From Paraphysomonas bandaiensis (lineage: Eukaryota > Protista > Chrysophyceae), in assembly GCA_965644295.1 (NCBI GenBank), contig CBFFRP010000265.1, positions 1 to 35,386 on the forward strand: 35,386 nt of DNA, written 5' to 3'. The position numbers and the translations under genes were made by a program. The notes beneath the pieces are model-generated. The model was given only the letters and a program-made list of their open reading frames with translations. It ran no database searches and was not told where the DNA came from. Positions 11,392-20,400 of this stretch are shown one piece after another. Numbering within the stretch: position 1 is the stretch's first letter; each line of letters begins with the position of its first letter.

Positions 11392-13217
11392 AAATACCCT
11401 CTTTTTAAGGGAACTGAAAAATGAAAATAGCATATTTCTTATATAAATGTTACGTAAGGCAAAAAAAACGTAGGCTTTTCCCAAATTCAGGGGATTTCAA
11501 GTGTACCAAAACCCTGTCCCATAATCTCAGATGGAGACCCTCGTCCAAAACCAGGACAATCTAGCTCTGAACGAATCCAGCAGCTGGACACTCGTGAAGA
11601 ATCTCAAGTGCAGCGATCTCACAATTCCAGCCGAATCACAACCATAAAGAAACTAAACAAACTACACAATGCAAGTATCTAAACATCCTAAAGGTGAGAT
11701 CTTCGAGTTACTGGCGAAACATTTCACTGATGTGGAGCCTGTATTCGAGATTGCGAATGCCAATAATGGGGCCTTTGTCTGCACTGCCTCCATACAACTA
11801 AACGACACTGAATACAGGCATCAAAGTCCTCCAATGAGTAGAAAGAAAGCTGCAGAGGAAGCAGCAGCAGCACTTCTATTGAATGATGTTAAAGAGGTGG
11901 TTGAATCTGTTAGAAGAGAATCAAGTAACGCATCACCTGAAGCTACTAGCAGCGCTACACAGAAACATCCTAAGTGTGAGTTATTGGAGTTACTGGCTAA
12001 ACATTTCACTGATGTGGAGCCAGAATTCGAAATTGAGAATGAGAATGGGGCCTTTGTCTGTGTTGCATCTATTGAATTGAATGGTACAGCTTATAGGCAT
12101 CGAGGCCCTGCAATGAGTCGAAAGAAAGCTGCAGAGGAAGCAGCAGCAGCACTTCTATTGAATGATGTCAAAGACGAAGTTGAATCGCTTGGACAACAAC
12201 TACGACAGGTGTCCCTTTCACTTCAAAATGGAAGCAATTGTACACAAAAACACCCCAAAAGTGAGTTATTCGAGTTACTGGCTAAAAATTGTACTGGTGT
12301 GGAGCCTGAATTCGAAATTGAGAATGAGAATGGGTCCTTTGTCTGTGTTGCATCTATTGAATTGAATGGTACAGCATATAGGCATCGAGGCCCTGCAATG
12401 AGTCGAAAGAAAGCTGCAGAGGAAGCAGCAGCAGCACTTCTATTGAATGATGTTAAAGAGGTGGTTGAATCTGTTAGAAGAGAATCAAGTAACGCATCAC
12501 CTGAAGCTACTAGCAGCGCTACACAAAAACACCCCAAAAGTGAGTTATTCGAGTTACTGGCTAAACATTTCACACGCGTGGAGCCTGAATTCGAAATTGA
12601 GAATGAGAATGGGTCCTTTGTCTGTGTCGCATCTATTGAATTGAATGGTACAGCATATAGGCATCGAGGCCCTGCAATGAGTCGAAGGAAAGCTGCAGAG
12701 GAAGCAGCAGCAGCACTTCTATTGAATGATGTTAAAGAGGTGGTTGAATCTGTTAGAAGAGAATCAAGTAACGCATCACCAGAAAGAGGCAGCAGTGCTA
12801 CACAAAAACATCCTAAGTGTGAGTTATTGGAGTTACTGGCTAAACGTTGCACCGGCGTGTCGCCAGAATTCGAAATTGAGAATGAGAATGAGTCCTTTGT
12901 CTGTGTCGCATCTATGGAATTGAATGGTACAGCATATAGGCATCGAGGCCCTCCAATGAGTCGAAAGAAAGCTGCAGAAGAAGCAGCAGCAGCACTTCTA
13001 TTGAATGATGTAAAGCAGCATTACTTCTCTTGACTGATATAAAGTTGATAAAGTGAATTCATCTCTTAGCACGTGTGTTCTCGTAGCTATTTTGCACGAA
13101 GACATATAAAACGTTCTACTATTAATAATAATGAATTATTCGAACTTCGTACTAGTCAAGCTTTATTTATAACCTTATCATAAATCATAGAGAAGTATAC
13201 TCGCATATTAGGGGGCC
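11392..13217 (+). repeat. Right arm of long inverted duplication
   Basis: Reverse complement of 5064-7169, one dsRBD unit shorter. Confidence 0.95.
11669..13033 (+). CDS. Tandem dsRNA-binding-domain-only protein, copy B (5 dsRBDs, intronless)
   Basis: Five units of the same consensus as copy A. Same start (MQVSKHPK) and end (VKQHYFS). Confidence 0.9.
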   Translation: MQVSKHPKGEIFELLAKHFTDVEPVFEIANANNGAFVCTASIQLNDTEYRHQSPPMSRKKAAEEAAAALLLNDVKEVVESVRRESSNASPEATSSATQKHPKCELLELLAKHFTDVEPEFEIENENGAFVCVASIELNGTAYRHRGPAMSRKKAAEEAAAALLLNDVKDEVESLGQQLRQVSLSLQNGSNCTQKHPKSELFELLAKNCTGVEPEFEIENENGSFVCVASIELNGTAYRHRGPAMSRKKAAEEAAAALLLNDVKEVVESVRRESSNASPEATSSATQKHPKSELFELLAKHFTRVEPEFEIENENGSFVCVASIELNGTAYRHRGPAMSRRKAAEEAAAALLLNDVKEVVESVRRESSNASPERGSSATQKHPKCELLELLAKRCTGVSPEFEIENENESFVCVASMELNGTAYRHRGPPMSRKKAAEEAAAALLLNDVKQHYFS

Positions 13218-13637
13218 AAAAAAGTGAGAGGTATCGATATGGGCAGAAGTCCATTATCCAAGTTAAATATGCTGACTCTTTGACCTCTCAATTCCTTCAT
13301 AGGGGCCGACTACAAACTACAATAACTCAAGAGGAGCAGATCGTTTCAGATTACAGGCACTATCCTGCTCTATGTGGGTTGGTACCAAGGTATTCTGGGC
13401 ACTAGAGTCAACGCCGTACAAGCAAAGTGTTATTATTATTTTGGTTACATTAGTAGTACACAACGACATCTATTATTTACGAGAGAAACGACACCAATCG
13501 AATTGTTAGATCAATAGTACTATTATTAAATACGAAGACAGTCGTAATGTACGACAGGCTAGTGTGGCTAAGTATACTGTGCAATCACTATTCACTTCAC
13601 TACTAAAAGCTGTAGTTAGACGAGTAGATCGAAGTGT

Positions 13638-16477
13638 CTATTTAATGATCTTGCTGACCACACCGGCGCCAACAGTCTTACCACCTTCGCGAATAGCAAA
13701 CCGAAGTCCGGGGGACATAGCAACTGGACAGATCAGGTTCACTTGGAGTGTAGCATTATCACCGGGAACAACCTGTTACATTCAAGTGAGTGACTGGTAT
13801 CAATTTATTAGTCGTAACATGAACACGTACCATCTCAACCGCTTCAGGAAGGATAACATCTCCTGTAATATCAGATGTGCGGAAGAAAAACTGAGGCCTA
13901 TAGCAATAGCACGTTAAACAAAGAAGAATTCAGAAAAGTAATATGAGTAAAACACACTTCGTCTGGCATCAGTAAAATAGATATCATCCCAACATATCAG
14001 ATAATGAGATTCCTTGAGTTTAATCATCACACGCCATAACAAATGAAACGGCTAAGGTGTATAACGCAAATAATAATTTTAACACGCCAATACCTATAGT
14101 TGCTGAAAAAGGGTGTGTGTCTGCCTCCCTCTTGTTGGGTAAGGACGTAAATCTCAGCCTCAAAATGTGAGTGAGTGGTCACAGTGCCAGGTTGGGCGAC
14201 GATCTATATTTGAAAAATCAATTGTGAAGGGTAGGATCAGTGTGCACACTATACACATATAATACAACATTTACCTGTCCTCTCTTAATATCCTCGCGCT
14301 TTAGACCACGGAGAAGAAGTCCGACGTTATCACCCGCCTGGCCGTAGTCCATGCTCTTCTTGAACATTTCCACGCCTGTTATGCAGACATAAGCGAATGA
14401 AGTAACTGTTCGCAGAGAATATAATAGTAACATGTTCGTGTAAATGTGCATCTAGCCACGGGGCAGAGTCAACCCATATACAAGGGTAACTCTGTACGGA
14501 AGGCAGATACTAAAATATATAATGTTCCTGCACTATCAAGACCCACTCAACTCTAATACATGAGGGATCTCAAGTTTACAGGGTAAAACATATGTAGCAC
14601 GTACAAAACAAAATACTAATATACCTGTCACAGCAGTCTTCTGGGCAGGGACACCAAGTCCTAGAATCTCAATATCAGCTCCCGTCTTGATTGATCCTGT
14701 AGTTGAATGGCATAACAGTTAATCACAAATACTACAACAACTCCGTAGCAAAACATCTTAAAACACAGTATATAACTGGCATCAGTAAATCAATAATCAT
14801 CACAAGGAGTCAGTTAATGAGATTCCTTTACTATAATCATCACTTGCCAGAATAGTACAACCGTTTAACACATAATAAATTTGAAAAAATATGTAGACAG
14901 ATTCCTCAAGACATACACATCTACTCACCTGTTTCAATTCTTCCAGTTGCCACCGTACCACGACCAGATATAGAAAAGATGTCCTCAACAGGCATCAGGA
15001 AAGATTTGTCAACCTCTCTCTGGGGGGTTGGGATAGCATCCTCGACCTAAACAAAAACCACATCATTGATACCAACAAAAAGACCACAAAAATATTATGG
15101 GTATGTGATAAACAGTTATAAATGTGCATCTAGCCACGGGGCAGAGTCAACCCATATACAAGGGTAACTCTGTACGGAAGGCAGATACTAAAATATATAA
15201 TGTTCCTGCACTATCAAGACCCACTCAACTCTAATACATGAGGGATCTCAAGTTTACAGGGTGTAAAAATATATAACATAATCAATTCAGGAATACAATT
15301 TCAGATATTCATACCGCTTTCATGAGATCAATAATGGCTTGTTTGCCGAGTTTCTCATCGCCTCCACTTGCTGCGGCCAGAGCAGATCCCCTATTAATTA
15401 CATTTTAGTTCTGAAATAACGTACGCAACCAATGGATTGCACATTTCGAAATATATATTCAACCAAAACGGACATACACTTTCACAAAATATAATTACAT
15501 GTGCAGTAATATTCATAGCGTAATGCACCCACCTGACGATATGGATATCATCGCCAGGATAGTCGTACTGGCTCAAAAGCTCACGGACTGACAACATATA
15601 ATTCGTTAGAAACAAAATGCAAATATAATAATGTGTCTGTATACTAAAATATAAACCACTAAGCAACTGCTCAAAAAAGAGTACGTTTCATTCCACACAT
15701 ACAGAACACAATCTGTGGTCGGTGAAGAGAGAAGGTTGTTTTCACAGCAGGGCTTTGCTTTAGATACAATTGGGTTCAACATCACCATATTAATACATAT
15801 ATAACATTCGATTATGGTACAAGTATCACCTATACGTTAATAGATTTGTAATAATATCTTACCTTCCATCTCTACTAATTCCAAGAGTTCCTCATCATCC
15901 ACAAGATCTACTTTGTTTAGGAAAACAACTAGAGAAGGAACGCCGACCTGTCTAGCAAGGACGATGTGTTCTCTAGTTTGGGGCATAGGACCATCTTGTG
16001 CCGACACCACAAGAATACCTCCATCCATCTGCAGTTAAGTCAGTACAGAGAATTGATTACTATCATACCAACTACTACACCTGTGCTGCCCCAGTAATCA
16101 TATTCTTCACATAATCAGCATGTCCAGGACAATCCACATGAGCATAATGTCTATTTTCAGTCTCATATTCTACATGAGCTGAATTAATAGTAATTCCACG
16201 TGCTTTTTCTTCGGGGGATTTATCAATATCCTCATATGACATGGCTTTCCCACCACTCATTTCTGATAATACACGTGAAATTCCAGCTGTAAGTGTTGTT
16301 TTTCCATGATCAACATGTCCAATTGTTCCAATATTAACATGTGGTTTATTTCTAACGTAATTACTTAAGCATTTGCTTAAAACTATTAAGGAAATGATTC
16401 GATTAATAAGGGAAAGGAAAAGGAATGAAGTTACCTTGATTTGATGACTTTGATAAACGGAATGCTCTTGCTAGCAT
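13638..16477 (-). CDS. TUFM: Mitochondrial elongation factor Tu (11 exons)
   Basis: Exons 16477-16435, 16382-16081, 16028-15863, 15587-15533, 15390-15315, 15046-14929, 14696-14625, 14375-14275, 14203-14094, 13897-13831, 13772-13638, all with GT-AG introns. Motifs [38 protein letters not shown]. Basic/Ser-rich presequence [12 protein letters not shown]. Confidence 0.96.
13964..14036 (-). ncRNA. Intronic box C/D snoRNA (EF-Tu intron 9)
   Basis: Minus strand: tggcg-t-GTGATGA(C)...aaggaatctcattat-CTGA(D')...GGGATGA(C')...CTGA(D)-tgcca, with a terminal stem. Guide is shared with the intron 6 copy. Confidence 0.85.
14441..14584 (-). ncRNA. Intronic box H/ACA snoRNA (EF-Tu intron 7); 3' pocket fits the 18S site guided by U71/SNORA71 in humans
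   Basis: Hairpin cctgta...tgcagg, H box ACATTA, hairpin gtatctgcc...ggctagatgc, then ACA-ttt. Pockets uuccgu/cccgu fit 18S ACGGG-U-A-ACGG(A/G)G, and aaacuug/ugau fit AUCA-U-U-CAAGUUU (rRNA from memory). Confidence 0.85.
14776..14850 (-). ncRNA. Intronic box C/D snoRNA (EF-Tu intron 6)
   Basis: Minus strand: ctggca-a-GTGATGA(C)...aaggaatctcattaa-CTGA(D')...GTGATGA(C')...CTGA(D)-tgccag. Perfect 6-bp terminal stem and four consensus boxes. Confidence 0.9.
15119..15262 (-). ncRNA. Intronic box H/ACA snoRNA (EF-Tu intron 5), identical to the intron 7 copy
   Basis: 144 bp identical to 14441-14584; same hairpin-H-hairpin-ACA layout. Confidence 0.85.
15629..15787 (-). ncRNA. Candidate intronic box H/ACA snoRNA (EF-Tu intron 3)
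   Basis: Two hairpins (tggtga...tcaccg; tctgtatg...tatacaga) followed by ACA-tta. Both pockets fit neighbouring sites in the LSU segment AGAUACCACAAAAGGUGUUGGUUCA (from memory). H box is not canonical. Confidence 0.6.
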
Positions 16478-16882
16478 TGTAATTTAAAGTATGTTTATAT
16501 ATGATACTCTGAAGGAATATGAGAGCAATGAGATGACTATGTATGTATGTATAGAGAGACTGAGATAGTGACCTTCATACTACAGTGGCATCCATCATAT
16601 GAACGAGTGGACTTGAATACAGTGTGTTTCAATAGGATTCAACACCACACAAAGTTGATGATATATCAAAGAACAACGGGCTACTAGGTAATCCGTAGTA
16701 GAGTATCTTGAAACGACAAAACTGAAATTATAAGACGAGAATAGCAGTTGAGGGGCGGTTTTGTCCCATTATTAATAATAACGGTTTTTTGAATATATTA
16801 TCGGGGGTTTTATATATTTATGTATATATTTCCAGGAAAATCGTTCATATTTGTCTATGTAGATTTCCATACAGTGGTATAT

Positions 16883-17035
16883 AGTCGTATCGGCATCGTT
16901 TGTATATTTTTGTTCAAATATGCCTCTATTATTGAGACAACAATTAGCTGTATACCAGCCGTATTTGTATTGAAGTAATGTGGAGTATTTTTGCTTCAAT
17001 TTATTACCGCAAAATAAGATGCTGGCAGTCGATAC
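16883..17035 (-). repeat. Dispersed repeat, diverged copy of 34376-34529
   Basis: Reverse complement shares blocks cagcatcttatttt, caaaaatact, tacggctgg, ttgtctcaataatagaggcatat and gatgcc-x-atacgact with the second copy. Confidence 0.85.
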
Positions 17036-17416
17036 GGTAACCTCCACAGTCCATGATGTCACTTAACCTTCACATATACATATATATAACCTCACCAACT
17101 CAACACAGTAATATCATACATGTAATTACTATTTCATATCCCTTATAAACTCCTTCTAATCTTCATTAATCAATCTATCATAACCCTCATATAACTGTAT
17201 ATATATAAACCATTCATATCTATATCTATATATCTATATATCCCAATTTATATGACATTTCAGACTATTTAATTGCTATATATCCCAATTTATACAAAAC
17301 TCACATGAAAACCATACATTTTCTATATCAAAATATTAAACAATCCATCAGATGATCCAGTCAGTACCTTCCGAGGTGATTAAACACAATCATTAAGTGT
17401 CCCTATCGTCTCAGAT

Positions 17417-20400
17417 ATGAGTGATAATGACACATCATCACTATCATTAGATCGTAGTATATTTACTATAGAAGATACTTCAGATAACTGCTATCGGGAT
17501 ATTATTCAAGCCTTAAAATCACGTGGATGGAGAACAAACTCTACCACAATGAAACGAATGTCCAAATTCGAGAAGAAACGGTACATTCATCCAATCTTTT
17601 CTTCATTATCTTAATCTTCTACAGGCTAGCAATACTTAAAGGAGAACTTCCAAGTTTTATATGGACAATTCATGAAAAAGATATTCAGTTTAATGAACTT
17701 TTACCTCATCAAATTGTGAATCATTTTGAAGGGATTACATGTTTAACTACCAAGAATGGATTATGTGAATTATTGAGGGATATGAGTTGGATTAATATTG
17801 ATTCCACAGATATATCTCCACGGTGCGTAGCTATATACTAATGTCCTAATAAAGTTTTGTATAATGAATTAGTATATAAATCAGATGCTACAATCTTGGT
17901 GATCCTGTGCAAAAAGTAGAGTTTGCTGAAGATTTTCGAATTTCTGCGGCAGTCAATATATTGTTGCAGGTGGTGTATACCATGAAATAGTTTTAATGTA
18001 ATCTTTTGGTGCTAGTAGTTTTATATTCGTTTCTTTTGGAGCATAACCATTTCTATTATGCTGCATGTATACTGCTGAAACGTACCTTGTCATCATCAAC
18101 TCTAGCCTTTGCGTGGTGTGCCTGACTGACTTATACAGTTTACTCTCCCTGATCATGAAAGTTCCTTTAGTGATGTTTCAACCAATCGTATTGCATCGCT
18201 ATGTTGTTGCGCCCTCTCGCAGTATCTGCATGTCAAATATGGTGGAATGATTGGCTCTGGGTTTTCTGATTCGGATGACCGGAAAGTTGACAAAATTTGC
18301 AACATGTCAGTCTCACAATGGGATGAGATACTGGCAGTGAGCTATGAATTGTCAGAAACTGACATCGACAATAAGGTAATAGGGGAGCATCTTAATTCCC
18401 TACTGGATACAAAAGAGTTAAAAGTAACTCCATATTCAGCACTGAAAGCGTGGGCAATATATTTGTTGCATAAATACGCCATTAGCCACCGCCAACTCTT
18501 CATGGGTGGACACAAAAATATATGGGTCGTAAAAGCCCCTGAGGCATCTAAAGGCGCTAATATTAAACTGTTCTTTCGATTGGGAGACATTTTAGACTGT
18601 GAAAGAGGTATGCGTGGACGCACTGTGCAAAAGTACGTTGAGCGGCCGTTTTTATACCGCGCAATTACTCCTGGCAACGCTTTAGAAAGTTCAACGCCGT
18701 ATTATATGGAGTATCGTACATCGCCCCATGTTAAATTTGACCTACGGGTGTGGGTGTTGGTTACTGGATTTCCTGCAGATGGAGAGCTATCAGCATATGT
18801 GTACAATAAAGTATATGGACGCCGCTGTCCTTATCCATACAAGTACAATGTGGATACTATTGGTGACGTGAACATACATGTCACGAACTACTCCGTTCAG
18901 AAACAGGGCAAGTCTAGTGGACCAGAATGTGGGCAGGATGTCAGCAGGAGGTACGCTTCAGAATGCATATCACCTAGAAGCCAGAGTGCCGCCGCTGGAC
19001 GTCTCCGCAGCACCGTTCAATCTGTGCGCAATAAAACTGTACCACTTGCATCTGGTGGAGATGCAAAGACGCCACACGCGACATCAAATATGACTGGCAA
19101 CGACCTACTTGTATCTCATGAGCAGCTGTTGGAATTACTGGACTGGGTGAGTAAAAATGAAAATAGGCGTAGAGAGTGGCCTACTAGTGGGGAATTACTC
19201 TGGAGTGAACATATATGGCCCAGATTAACTAGCAAGATAATGCATTTGCTTACCAAAACTAGAGAGTCGGTGCAACACAGAAACAATTCTTTTGAATTTC
19301 TTGGTTTTGACATTATGTTAGATGAGAATTTAGAGCCATGGATATTGGAAGTGAATATGTCTCCCGCTATGGCTCACCGGAACCCTCAACACAATGAATT
19401 TATTAGGTGTATGGCTGATAGATTAGTTTCTACTGTGTTTCGTGACGGGATTGATACTGTGGAATACCCACCTGTAACTTGTGATCGTCAAGCTGGTGAT
19501 GAACCAGCAGATGCAAAGTTTTTACCCTGTCGTAGCATTTATAAAGGTAATTGGGAGAAGTTGTATTCCTGTGATGGCATTGGAAACGAGAGTCGGAATG
19601 AAGAAAGCAGTTTTAAATCTGAACGTGTTTTAGTGACTGGAATGGGAATTCTCAGGAAAGACGAGCCCTTGTTGATGGAATATTTCGGATATTGTCAGAA
19701 AGAGGTTGTAGCGACGGCCAATCGTGCATCAGATATAATTACAGCTGAACATGGCACTGTCCGTGTGTCAAGCAGGCCTGAGTGTCTGTCAAGGCGATCC
19801 AACGACTTGAGTAAACCAACAAGTGGACTAAGAACTAGTACTGGAGTTGTAGCTGCTAGACCCAAGTCGGCGTCATCATTGAGGAAATCTTCTTATAATT
19901 ACACGATGAATCAAAGCTGCAAACCGCTTGGGGTGCAACCAAGTAACCCTTCCAATAGTATGCAGTTCGTGTCGCACCTCGACTTTACCTTTGCAGCTGT
20001 AGGAAAGTCTATTTCCAAAGCTGAAATCAAATTTTTGGACAGCTGTAACGAAAAGTTTGCGTGTATTCTTCTTTTGCAGAGGTAGATATACACATAACTG
20101 TATTCAAACTTGAATATTAATGCTTGTGTTCTAGGTGGTGGAGAAGGTATATCATCCGCACGCACCTTTATTATGCACGAGAAAAGTACTGTGCTCGTAT
20201 TGTCCAGTGTGCGTGGCGTTGTTACTGCAGTAAAACCAACCTATGGCTACTACGTCGCCAGAAGGCAGCCATTTTAGTTCAGTGCTGCTGGCGACAAAAA
20301 TCAGCTCGTTTATACCGTGCATTCCTCATCAGAACCAATGCTGCTGTTGCGATTCAGGCTGTAGCAAGGTGCCTTTTGGCTAGACGCTACTGTACGCGTA

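Noticed and set aside
15391-15532. Sixth snoRNA in EF-Tu intron 4 (142 nt)
   Set aside because: Only short stems (tgcacat/atgtgca); no C/D boxes or properly placed H/ACA boxes.
13638-16477. Bacterial contamination or recent HGT of tuf
   Set aside because: Ten spliceosomal introns and a mitochondrial-type presequence show a normal nuclear gene.
17970-18138. snoRNA in the 169-nt TTLL intron
   Set aside because: CTGA motifs sit at the likely branch-point region and there is no box C or hairpin-ACA layout.
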